DNA from: Patescibacteria group bacterium
Lineage (GTDB): Bacteria > Patescibacteriota > Minisyncoccia > Moranbacterales > UBA2206
Assembly: GCA_030837625.1 (NCBI GenBank)
Contig: JAUPKF010000006.1
Span: 1 to 45,787, forward strand
Direction: 5' to 3'
DNA: 45,787 nucleotides
The notes beneath the pieces were generated by a model that did not search any database, was not told where the DNA came from, and saw only the letters and a list, made by a program, of their open reading frames with translations. This document shows positions 37,489 through 45,646 of the stretch, one piece after another. The position numbers were made by a program, and so were the translations under genes. Numbering within the stretch: the stretch's first letter is position 1; every line of letters starts with the position of its first letter.

Positions 37489-38640
37489 TTATATTCTTTC
37501 ATCAGAGAATATTCTTAGATATTTCCTAGTTGATTCATTCCAGCTAAATCGATCTTTTACTTCGCTGTAAACGTTGTCTCCTAGGCTTTTTCTCAATGTC
37601 ACATTGTTTATCAGAATTTCTAATTTATTTTTTAGCATTATTGTGTTTCTTGACTTAACCAGGAAACCGCTTTTATTATCAGTAATAATCTCCGGCGTTC
37701 CGCCGATGTTAGTGGCTATAATAGCATTATGACACAGCGCCGCTTCAATGACAGTCGTGGGAAGTCCTTCGGTATAGCTAGGATTAACGAAGATGTCCGT
37801 GATTTTTAGTATTTTGATGTAATCTTCAAAATTTTTATATCCAAAAAAAACAATTTTATTTTCGATTTTATTCTTTTTCGCCAGCGCTTCCAGTTTTATT
37901 TTTTCTGGTCCGTCTCCGATAATGAAGCAAACATAATTTTTATTTTCAACTTGGGATAGCGCTGAAACCAAATCGGCCACGCCTTTGCCGTCGAACAATC
38001 TTCCCAAAAAAGTTATTATTGTTTTCTCGGGATATTTGTTTTTTAATTCAAAATCAGGCGCGATAGCTGAAATTCTCTCCGACTCTACCCCGCGATAAAT
38101 TACTTCGCAAGATATTCCCCCTGCCAATTTTTGGCAAAATCGCGCCGAAGCTTTGGAATTGGCGATAACCCTATCTGCCGTCTTTAAAATAAGTTTTCCA
38201 AAAGTGTGGTCATAAATCCTGGCGACCGAAACAGAAAACCATCCTCCGGTCTTGACAAAATCAGATCCGTGTTCGATATGAATCCATTTTACCTTCTCTA
38301 TTTTAGCATAAATAAGCGCCAGGAGAGAAGTGTTGAAAAAACGTGTGCGGGAAATGATAATGTCGAATTCTTGTCCAAATAGATTTGAAAATAATTTCCA
38401 GAATCTCCGTGACCAAAACTTAGGCAGGGGATAATTCGGAATAATTTCAAAAGCCGGAAAGCGGATTATGTTCACTTGCTCGTATTTTATCTCCCGCTCT
38501 AGAGAGTCTTCTGGCAATCTCGGCGTAAAAACAGTTATGCTCGTGCCCTTTCGGGACAGATATTTATTGAATTCATCTGCGTGCGATTCCAAGCCGCCGA
38601 TGTGAGGAGGGTAATATGGACAAAAGATCAAAAGTTTCAT
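37489..38640 (-). CDS. GT4 glycosyltransferase
   Basis: YYPPHIGGLE, GRLFDGKG, EGLPTTVIEAA; likely start ATG 38640. Confidence 0.92.
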   Translation of the reverse strand: MKLLIFCPYYPPHIGGLESHADEFNKYLSRKGTSITVFTPRLPEDSLEREIKYEQVNIIRFPAFEIIPNYPLPKFWSRRFWKLFSNLFGQEFDIIISRTRFFNTSLLALIYAKIEKVKWIHIEHGSDFVKTGGWFSVSVARIYDHTFGKLILKTADRVIANSKASARFCQKLAGGISCEVIYRGVESERISAIAPDFELKNKYPEKTIITFLGRLFDGKGVADLVSALSQVENKNYVCFIIGDGPEKIKLEALAKKNKIENKIVFFGYKNFEDYIKILKITDIFVNPSYTEGLPTTVIEAALCHNAIIATNIGGTPEIITDNKSGFLVKSRNTIMLKNKLEILINNVTLRKSLGDNVYSEVKDRFSWNESTRKYLRIFSDERI

Positions 38641-38725
38641 TGTTGGTCTGAACTTTTTATTTAATTTAGTGCTTCCTTTTGCATATATTATCACAAAAAA
38701 CAACCTCTAGGAAATAGCGCGCGAG

Positions 38726-38766
38726 GGTTGATGTTTTTTTGGATATGCAGTATCATTAAGGCGTAA
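38726..38766 (+). promoter_or_regulatory. Sigma70-type promoter, copy A of a 41-bp repeat
   Basis: TTGATG(38728)-17 bp-TATCAT(38751); 36/41 identical to 42882-42922. Confidence 0.65.
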
Positions 38767-38833
38767 TAAAAAATTAAAACAAAAACCCTTCTTCCGCAAA
38801 GTTTTTTTACGGGAGCTGGGGAAGCAAAAACGT

Positions 38834-39139
38834 ATGTGTGATTATTTAGCTTGTCCTAGCGATTTATCAGTTGCCATATTCTTTTTTATGCTGTTTGGCA
38901 TTGCTTCTTTAATGATTTATTGGAAAAATAGAAGGGTGCTTGTCAGTCTCTTTGTTTTTTCTTTTTTGTCAAATATTGTTTTATATGAAATTATTGATTA
39001 TAGATTTTCCGTTATTTATGGAGGAGCATGGATATTTAAATTTACTCGATTCATTTGGCCGTGGCTTAACCTAGTTCTACTCATTTTACTAATAACAAAC
39101 TTCATCAAAAACAAATATGCCAAAGCAAAAAACCAATAA
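38834..39139 (+). CDS. Small 3-TM membrane protein, unknown function
   Basis: 101 aa with three hydrophobic helices; overlaps the next gene by 23 bp; follows the promoter. Confidence 0.7.
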   Translation: MCDYLACPSDLSVAIFFFMLFGIASLMIYWKNRRVLVSLFVFSFLSNIVLYEIIDYRFSVIYGGAWIFKFTRFIWPWLNLVLLILLITNFIKNKYAKAKNQ

Positions 39140-41648
39140 GATTTTTGCGATTGCTCTTGTTTCCGTTTTTGCGTTCTCTTTACATTTTTATCCCGTCCAA
39201 GCCGATGACGATTACCCCACGGAAAACGAAGAAGGAGAAGATTATCTTGATATATACGTCGATACCGTTTGGCGGAAAAACGACCCGCCAATCGAAAAAA
39301 GAGTGACTGTCTATCCTGGCGCCACCCTGACTATCGAAAAAGGAGCGGAAGTCAAATTTGGAAAAATAAACGAAATGGGAGACGACGCCTATCTTTCCAT
39401 TTGGGGAGGGCGCTTGGTAGCCGAAGGGACCCAAGATGAACCGATAAAAATAACCTCAGCTTCCGATTCCGACTATTATCTTCTCGAATTCAGGCGCGAA
39501 AGTTGGGACGGCATTCCAGAAGCCCAACCTTCCTTTTTGCGTTACGTGGAAATGTCAAACGCGGGATATGAAAACGAGCCTCCTTGCGAGGATTGCAACG
39601 CTTTTTGGAAAAAAATAATTCCCGCGGCTTATGCCGACATTATTGACGAAGGAATACCGGCAGTATATTTCGAAGGCGGAAGAGCTCATATGGAAAATTG
39701 CACTTTCCGCGATAACGAATACGCCGACATTGGAATGGACTATTGGGAAAACCCGGACAACCCAAGGAACGATTATCTGAAAATAGTCAATTCTAATTTT
39801 GAAAAAAACGGAGAAGCGTTGGCGGTCAAAACGGACATACGCTGCCAATTTTCCGGAGAAACCTGCCAGAAAAGACTTTTTCTCAAAAACAATTGGTACG
39901 GCGATCCAAATGGACCGTCTGATACCGATGGCAAGAAAATCGAAGGCGTGCATTATCTCGACGGCTGGAAGGGAAATGATTTGATCGCCGATCCGGTGAT
40001 CGTTATTCCGGGGATTATGGGGTCAATCAAAGTAAGCGATGAATTGGTTTTTGATCCGATTTATCAAACTTACTCTAATTTGGTCGCTTCTTTTGCAGAA
40101 AACGGATACGAAGAAGGTAAAAACTTTTTCAAATTTCCTTATGAATGGAGAAACAACAATGAGACTACGGCAATGCATTTGCAATCGCTAGTCGAAGGCG
40201 TAGTAAATAGTACAGGCGTTTCCAAAGTCGATATAGTAGCTCATTCAATGGGAGGACTTGTTGCTCGCACGTATATCGAAGAAATCGCGGGAACTCAATA
40301 CAGGGATAAAATCGATCAGCTGATAACGCTCGGGACGCCGCATAAAGGATCGCCAAAAGCCTATTTAAAATGGGAAGCGGGAGAAGGATTTGAAGATGTG
40401 TTTGATAAAATTGGTAAAGAAATGTTTAAAGTAGAAGCTCACCATGCCGGATATTCCGATTTGGGGAAATATATCCGGGAAAAAGTTACTTCCGTGGGTG
40501 AACTATTGCCGGACTATAACTACTTGTATGATATTTCTAAAAATGAAATGCGGGAATATTTCGAGAACTATCCGAGAAACATGTTCTTGGAAGACCTAAA
40601 CAATGAGTTTGGGATTGAAAAGCTGGAAAGTGTCAACTTTATCAACATCGTGGGAAATATCGAAGATGAAGAAAACACTGTCTCCAAATTCAGAGTTGTC
40701 GATTCGGACAAGTGGGAGCATGGGATGCCAGAGAACTACTATGATGATAGTACTGATCAGGGAATTGAATATGGAGCAGGAGACAAAACAGTACCATTCT
40801 TTAGTGCTTCTGGAATTTCCGCCGACGAAGAAATCGAAATCAACTCTACTCACAGTGATCTTCCCACTCAAGCCCAGTGCAAAGTGATTACCGAACTTAC
40901 CGGAACTCCCGAAAACGAATGCGACTACGTGAGCACTTTTGAAAGAATCGTTGATATTTTGACTTTCGGCGTCTTCTCTCCCGTCGACATCCAAGTTATC
41001 GAAACGAAAACCGGAAAATGGGCGGGCAAGAACATCAAAGGTCTCAATCCAAATGACCAAATCGAAGGCGCGTACTATACCGGCTTTGAGACGGAAAATG
41101 AATTCCTGACCGTTCCCAATCCGGAGAACGGGGAATATCAAATTGTTACGGAAGGAACGGGCGAAGGAGAATATCGTATTGAAGCCGCCAAGATAACGGA
41201 AGGCGCAAGCGGAAAGACTACCGAGTCGACAGTCGAGATAACCGGCGAAGCTCAAACGAACCAAACGGAAGAACTCACAATCGAAGTTCAAGAGGATAAA
41301 ATAATTCTCGAAGAAGAAGAAACGCCGGTTGACATCAATTCCATTATTCAAAATGTCCAAAGTTATTTCCAGTCCAAAATGATAACCAAAACCGAAAAGC
41401 AGTTCCTGGACATCCACCTTAAAAACATTCAAAACTCTTTCAAAGTCTTGGAAAAACTGAAGGAAAACAAGAAAATGAGTCCGCAAGCCAAGAGAATTGT
41501 GGTCAGAATTTTGGAACGGGGGATAAACTTTCAGATAGAATATCTGATACAGCGCCTGGAAAACCAAAAAGCGCCGCTCAAAAAACTCAACGAGAAAGTC
41601 AGAGCGGAGCTAGTTGATGATTTGAAGAAGATAAAATTGAAGGGATAG
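39117..41648 (+). CDS. Secreted multidomain alpha/beta-hydrolase (lipase/LCAT/PGAP1-like)
   Basis: Signal peptide ending VQA; beta-helix-like N-region; PGIMGS oxyanion motif, PYEWR, AHSMGG, LGTPHKGS, GDKTVP, STH. Confidence 0.85.
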   Translation: MPKQKTNKIFAIALVSVFAFSLHFYPVQADDDYPTENEEGEDYLDIYVDTVWRKNDPPIEKRVTVYPGATLTIEKGAEVKFGKINEMGDDAYLSIWGGRLVAEGTQDEPIKITSASDSDYYLLEFRRESWDGIPEAQPSFLRYVEMSNAGYENEPPCEDCNAFWKKIIPAAYADIIDEGIPAVYFEGGRAHMENCTFRDNEYADIGMDYWENPDNPRNDYLKIVNSNFEKNGEALAVKTDIRCQFSGETCQKRLFLKNNWYGDPNGPSDTDGKKIEGVHYLDGWKGNDLIADPVIVIPGIMGSIKVSDELVFDPIYQTYSNLVASFAENGYEEGKNFFKFPYEWRNNNETTAMHLQSLVEGVVNSTGVSKVDIVAHSMGGLVARTYIEEIAGTQYRDKIDQLITLGTPHKGSPKAYLKWEAGEGFEDVFDKIGKEMFKVEAHHAGYSDLGKYIREKVTSVGELLPDYNYLYDISKNEMREYFENYPRNMFLEDLNNEFGIEKLESVNFINIVGNIEDEENTVSKFRVVDSDKWEHGMPENYYDDSTDQGIEYGAGDKTVPFFSASGISADEEIEINSTHSDLPTQAQCKVITELTGTPENECDYVSTFERIVDILTFGVFSPVDIQVIETKTGKWAGKNIKGLNPNDQIEGAYYTGFETENEFLTVPNPENGEYQIVTEGTGEGEYRIEAAKITEGASGKTTESTVEITGEAQTNQTEELTIEVQEDKIILEEEETPVDINSIIQNVQSYFQSKMITKTEKQFLDIHLKNIQNSFKVLEKLKENKKMSPQAKRIVVRILERGINFQIEYLIQRLENQKAPLKKLNEKVRAELVDDLKKIKLKG

Positions 41649-41688
41649 CCGAACGTGAACAGTTCGCAATTCAGCCTTCAAACGATGA

Positions 41689-41711
41689 GGAGCCGGTTAC
41701 GAACCGGCTCC
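41689..41711. terminator. Hairpin between convergent genes, probable terminator
   Basis: Perfect 10-bp stem GGAGCCGGTT-acg-AACCGGCTCC followed by cgttt. Confidence 0.7.
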
Positions 41712-41743
41712 CGTTTATAATCTAAGAACTTAGCCATCGGAGG

Positions 41744-42094
41744 TCATTTTTCGCGTAATTCTTGCAAACTTTCTTTCCGCGTCACTTCCGTCATTTGCTG
41801 TTCCAGGCGTTCGATGGCGGAGAGGAGTTTGAAGATCATAAGAAAAACCAGGATAAATCCGGTGAGGATGACGGCATTGATGTTGCCTTGCATACCAATA
41901 AGCTCAGCAATATCATTGGTAAGGCTGGGATAGACAGCCACGACAGCCATTCCGCCCCAAACGATAACCCGAATAAGGAGTTTCAAGAATGTCTGTCCTT
42001 TTTTCCTTCGGACGAAATTTTTGCCGCCCTGAAAAATCATCACGCTGGCGATGAGGATGATGGCTATTTGGTAGAGATGAAGGGAGGAGTTCAT
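41744..42094 (-). CDS. DUF2304-family small membrane protein
   Basis: About 3 TMs, IAELIGM, C-terminal IERLEQQMTEVTR coiled tail; downstream of a DPM-synthase-like GT2. Confidence 0.75.
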   Translation of the reverse strand: MNSSLHLYQIAIILIASVMIFQGGKNFVRRKKGQTFLKLLIRVIVWGGMAVVAVYPSLTNDIAELIGMQGNINAVILTGFILVFLMIFKLLSAIERLEQQMTEVTRKESLQELREK

Positions 42095-42110
42095 AACGTT
42101 GTAATTTTGC

Positions 42111-42147
42111 ACTTTACAAACTTTATAACTTTAATAACTTTATAACT
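42111..42147. repeat. Tandem 8-9-mer array (ACTTTAYA-like, x4)
   Basis: actttacaa actttata actttaata actttata act. Confidence 0.8.
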
Positions 42148-42838
42148 AATTTATCAGTCCCCAAATCATTTTGTAAACCGTCTTGACTCCGTTCCAAAAA
42201 CTTTGTTTTTGGATTTTTCCCATAGAATATTCGGTGTAGCGGACGGTTATGGGGACTTCGATGTATTTCAACTTGCGAAGATAAATTTCCCGGATAACTT
42301 CCGAGTCGTATTCATAGCGGTCGCTTTTGGTGTTGATGAGTTCGGCGGCGCGGCGGGAATAGGCGCGGAAACCGGACTGGGAATCGGTGACATAGAGACC
42401 GAAAAGATACCAGGTGATTATATTTCCAATCTTATTTTGGATAATTTTATACCAAGGCATTCCCGCGGGATCCAACAATCTAGTTCCCAGAACTACGTCA
42501 ATCCGGCCGTTTTTTATAGGTTCGATAAGTTTTTTGATATCTTGCGGGTCATGTTGGCCGTCTCCGTCTATTGTAACAATAATATCGGCTCGGAGCAACT
42601 TGGCCGCCTCTATGCCGGTTTTGGTGGCCGCCCCTTTGCCGCGGTTAATCTTGTGGCGGATGGCCGTCGCTCCGGCTCTTTCGGCCACAGCGCGAGTATT
42701 GTCGGTTCCGCCGTCGTCTACTACGATGATGTTTTGGTAACCGGCGTTCTGGATCTCCAAAATGACGTCTTGAATGACTTTTTCCTCGTTATAGGCCGGA
42801 ACGACGATAAAAATTTTGTTCTCGCTGAATGTTGCCAT
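42146..42838 (-). CDS. GT2 DPM-synthase-like polyprenol-phosphate glycosyltransferase
   Basis: VPAYNEE, DDGGTD, NRGKGAA, DGDGQHDP, TDSQSGFRA; likely start ATG 42838. Confidence 0.92.
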   Translation of the reverse strand: MATFSENKIFIVVPAYNEEKVIQDVILEIQNAGYQNIIVVDDGGTDNTRAVAERAGATAIRHKINRGKGAATKTGIEAAKLLRADIIVTIDGDGQHDPQDIKKLIEPIKNGRIDVVLGTRLLDPAGMPWYKIIQNKIGNIITWYLFGLYVTDSQSGFRAYSRRAAELINTKSDRYEYDSEVIREIYLRKLKYIEVPITVRYTEYSMGKIQKQSFWNGVKTVYKMIWGLIN

Positions 42839-42844
42839 AAAAAC

Positions 42845-42853
42845 ATTGTAGCA
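42845..42853 (-). promoter_or_regulatory. Extended -10 element (TGcTACAAT)
   Basis: Lies 6 nt upstream of ATG 42838 on the minus strand. Confidence 0.5.
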
Positions 42854-42881
42854 CAAAAACCGTCTGATGGAAGGAGGTAAT

Positions 42882-42922
42882 GGTTGATGTTTTTTAGGAT
42901 ATGTAATATTATTAAAGCGTAA
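42882..42922 (+). promoter_or_regulatory. Sigma70-type promoter, copy B of the 41-bp repeat
   Basis: TTGATG(42884)-17 bp-TATTAT; precedes the GT2 at 42940. Confidence 0.65.
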
Positions 42923-42939
42923 CTATAAACAATACCAAT

Positions 42940-43878
42940 ATGGATTCGGAAACAAAGTTGTCGGTCGTAGTGCCACTTTACAACGAAGAGGGGAATGTCA
43001 GGGAACTGCATAAACGCATTTTGGAAGCTTGCCAAAAACTGGGCGAAAGTTTTGAAATTATTTTTATCGATGATGGGTCTAAAGATGGGACAGTTGCGCG
43101 GTGCCAGGGATTGTCGCCGCTGAAACTTATCAAATTTCGCCGTAATTTCGGCCAAACGGCCGCTTTTGACGCCGGGATCAAAGAAGCCCGGGGAGAAATA
43201 GTCATCACGATGGACGGCGATTTACAAAACGACCCGAACGACATAGGACTTCTGTTGGAAGAAATGAAAAAAGGCTGGGACGTGGTTTCTGGCTGGAGAT
43301 GGCAAAGGCAAGACAGTTTTTCTAAAAAGTTTTTCTCGCGCGGCGCCAATTTGCTTCGCAAAGTTCTCATTCAGGACAAGATTCACGATTCCGGCTGTTC
43401 ATTGAAAGCCTATAAGCGAGAATGTTTTTCCGGGGTGGATTTTTTCGGAGAGATGCACCGTTTTATGCCGGCTGTTTTGGAGTTGCAAGGATACAAAGTC
43501 GGAGAAGTGAAAGTTTCGCACCATCCGAGGGTCGCTGGTGTGACGAAATATAATTGGAAGCGAGCCATCAAAGGCTTTGTGGATATGGTTTCTATCTGGT
43601 TTTGGGGAAAATACGCCAATCGGCCGCTGCATCTTTTCGGCGGCTCCGGAATAGCTTTGTCTTTTGTCGGCGTATTGATTTTGGTTTGGATGGCCGCGGC
43701 CAAACTGTTTTTTCAAGTGTCCTTGTCCGACAAAATCTGGCCCCTGATGGGCGTATTTTTGGTTATGATCGGCGTCCAGCTATTTGTTTTCGGCCTTATG
43801 GCCGACATTTTGGTCAAAAACTATTACAAAGAAAGAAAGAGTATGAATTACTCTATTAAAGAAATAGTGATAAGTTAA
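42940..43878 (+). CDS. GT2 ArnC/GtrB-like glycosyltransferase
   Basis: VPLYNEE, DDGSKD, RRNFGQTAA, DGDLQNDP, DSGCSLKAY, GEMHRF; two C-terminal TMs. Confidence 0.92.
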   Translation: MDSETKLSVVVPLYNEEGNVRELHKRILEACQKLGESFEIIFIDDGSKDGTVARCQGLSPLKLIKFRRNFGQTAAFDAGIKEARGEIVITMDGDLQNDPNDIGLLLEEMKKGWDVVSGWRWQRQDSFSKKFFSRGANLLRKVLIQDKIHDSGCSLKAYKRECFSGVDFFGEMHRFMPAVLELQGYKVGEVKVSHHPRVAGVTKYNWKRAIKGFVDMVSIWFWGKYANRPLHLFGGSGIALSFVGVLILVWMAAAKLFFQVSLSDKIWPLMGVFLVMIGVQLFVFGLMADILVKNYYKERKSMNYSIKEIVIS

Positions 43879-43948
43879 TAAAGTTTTTCAAGTTCATAAA
43901 GTTCATAAAGTCGCTTTATAAACTTGTTACTTTATAAACTTTACAACT
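43872..43948. repeat. Inverted array of 9-mers (AAGTTCATA-like, then its complement)
   Basis: Four AAGTTnnnn units, inner stem AAGTTCATAAAG-tcg-CTTTATAAACTT, then further ACTTTATAA/ACTTTACAA units. Confidence 0.8.
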
Positions 43949-43954
43949 CTTTTT

Positions 43955-45280
43955 ATGAAAATTGCAATTATCGGCACTGGTTACGTGGGTTTGGTCAGCG
44001 GGACATGTTTTTCGGAATTTGGGCATGAAGTGGTTTGCCTAGACAAAGATGAGAAAAAGATTGAAGCGCTTCGTGGCGGAAAGATTCCAATCTACGAACC
44101 GGGACTAGAGCAAATGGTCAAAGAAAACGTCGAGGACAAGCGTTTATCTTTCACGACCGATATCAAAACCGCTATGGAAGGGGCGCAGGCTGTTTTCATC
44201 GCCGTGGGAACGCCCACTTCGCGCCGGGGCGACGGCTATGCCGATTTGAGTTACGTCTACGCCGTGGCCAAAGAAATCGCGCCGCATATTCAAAATTACA
44301 CTGTCGTTGTCGATAAAAGTACCGTGCCGGTGGGAACGGCCGATGAGGTGAGGCGGATAATCAAAGAAGAAAACCCGCAGGCGGATTTCGACGTGGCATC
44401 CAATCCGGAATTTTTGCGAGAAGGCGCGGCTATTGCCGACTTTATGCGACCGGATCGGGTGGTAATCGGCGTGCAAGACGAAAAAGCCAAGGAAATTTTA
44501 CGGAAAATATATAAGCCTCTTTATCTCATTGAAACTCCCATCGTTTTTACCGACACCAGAACGGCCGAACTGATCAAATATGCTTCCAACGCCTTTTTGG
44601 CGGTGAAGATCAGCTATATTAACGATATGGCCAATTTATGCGAAGCGACCGGGGCGGATGTGGTGACGCTGGCCAAGGCGATGGGGTTGGATAATCGCAT
44701 CGGAAAGAAATTTTTGCACGCCGGTCCGGGTTACGGCGGGTCGTGCTTTCCCAAAGACACGCTGGCGCTCAACAAGACCGCTCAGGAACACGGGCTGTCG
44801 CTTCGTATCGTGGAGGCGGCGGTGGAAATAAACTCGGCGCAAAAAGCTAAGATGGTGAAAAAAATACGCCAAGCCTTGGGCGGATCGGAGGCGGGAAAAA
44901 CTATCGCGGTGCTGGGATTGGCTTTTAAACCGGAAACGGACGATATGCGGGACGCTGCCGCCTTGGCGATTCTTCCAGCGTTGGTTGAAAAGGGCGCGCG
45001 GGTAATCGCCCACGATCCGCAGGCGATGGAAGCCGCCAAACCGATGCTGCCGGAAATTGAATTTGCGACCGGGCCGTACGAAGCTGTCACCGACGCGGAC
45101 GCAGTGGTTCTTATGACGGAATGGAATGAATACCGGGCGCTGGATCTGGACCGTCTGGGCGAACTGATGAAACAGAAAATATTTATCGATCTTCGCAATG
45201 TTTACGAGCCGGAAACTGTCCGGGAAAAAGGATTCGCGTATGTGGGAGTGGGGAGAGGGAAAGTAGTAAGTAGTAAGTAG
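43955..45280 (+). CDS. ugd: UDP-glucose 6-dehydrogenase
   Basis: GTGYVG, PIYEPGL, AVGTP, KSTVPVGT, NPEFLREG, KYASN, GGSCFPKD, FKPETDD. Confidence 0.96.
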   Translation: MKIAIIGTGYVGLVSGTCFSEFGHEVVCLDKDEKKIEALRGGKIPIYEPGLEQMVKENVEDKRLSFTTDIKTAMEGAQAVFIAVGTPTSRRGDGYADLSYVYAVAKEIAPHIQNYTVVVDKSTVPVGTADEVRRIIKEENPQADFDVASNPEFLREGAAIADFMRPDRVVIGVQDEKAKEILRKIYKPLYLIETPIVFTDTRTAELIKYASNAFLAVKISYINDMANLCEATGADVVTLAKAMGLDNRIGKKFLHAGPGYGGSCFPKDTLALNKTAQEHGLSLRIVEAAVEINSAQKAKMVKKIRQALGGSEAGKTIAVLGLAFKPETDDMRDAAALAILPALVEKGARVIAHDPQAMEAAKPMLPEIEFATGPYEAVTDADAVVLMTEWNEYRALDLDRLGELMKQKIFIDLRNVYEPETVREKGFAYVGVGRGKVVSSK

Positions 45281-45286
45281 TAAGTA
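45261..45286 (+). repeat. Heptamer tandem repeat (AAGTAGT)x3.7 spanning the ugd stop
   Basis: aagtagt aagtagt aagtagt aagta. Confidence 0.85.
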
Positions 45287-45300
45287 TAAAGCAAAAAGAG

Positions 45301-45331
45301 AAAAGCGGCTCCGAGAGGGACTGTTTTTTTT
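45301..45331 (+). terminator. Rho-independent terminator after ugd
   Basis: Imperfect stem AAAAGCGGCTCC-gaga-GGGACTG followed by a T8 tract. Confidence 0.65.
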
Positions 45332-45408
45332 GTCATAATAAAGGCGTTGGGCTGTATTAAAGTAGTAAAATTTAAAAAGATAAAACTAGAAAGAGAGGTG
45401 GAGGGGTT

Positions 45409-45600
45409 ATGATGAAATTATCTTGCAAGGCAATGGGAGCCGATTGCGGCTACGAGGCCACTGGCGAAACCGCCGAGGAGGTCAAAAACAAAATGATGGA
45501 GCATGCCAAAATGGAGCATAAGGATATGCTCGACAAAATGTCGGACAGCGAAAAAAGCGCCATGATGGCGAAGATGGACGAAAAGATGATGACTGTGTGA
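45409..45600 (+). CDS. DUF1059-like small metal-binding protein
   Basis: C-x6-C...GETAEEV...H-x4-H pattern; strong RBS GGAGG upstream. Confidence 0.8.
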   Translation: MMKLSCKAMGADCGYEATGETAEEVKNKMMEHAKMEHKDMLDKMSDSEKSAMMAKMDEKMMTV

Positions 45601-45610
45601 GGCTTTTCCG

Positions 45611-45646
45611 CAAAAAACAGCCCCGGGACGTCGGCGGCTGTTTTTG
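45611..45646. terminator. Bidirectional-type intrinsic terminator
   Basis: AAAAAACAGCC...GGCTGTTTTT stem with A and T tracts. Confidence 0.75.

Noticed and set aside
38791-38815. Hairpin in the leader of the small membrane gene as a riboswitch
   Set aside because: Short imperfect stem with no recognisable aptamer consensus
40596-41567. 323-aa minus-strand ORF
   Set aside because: Antisense shadow of the lipase gene; Phe/Arg-rich mirror of GAA/AAA codons; no motifs
42203-42880. 225-aa plus-strand ORF
   Set aside because: Antisense to a clear GT2; no recognisable features
42111-43948. Repeat arrays as a possible CRISPR
   Set aside because: Units are 8-9 nt with no unique spacers, and there are no cas genes
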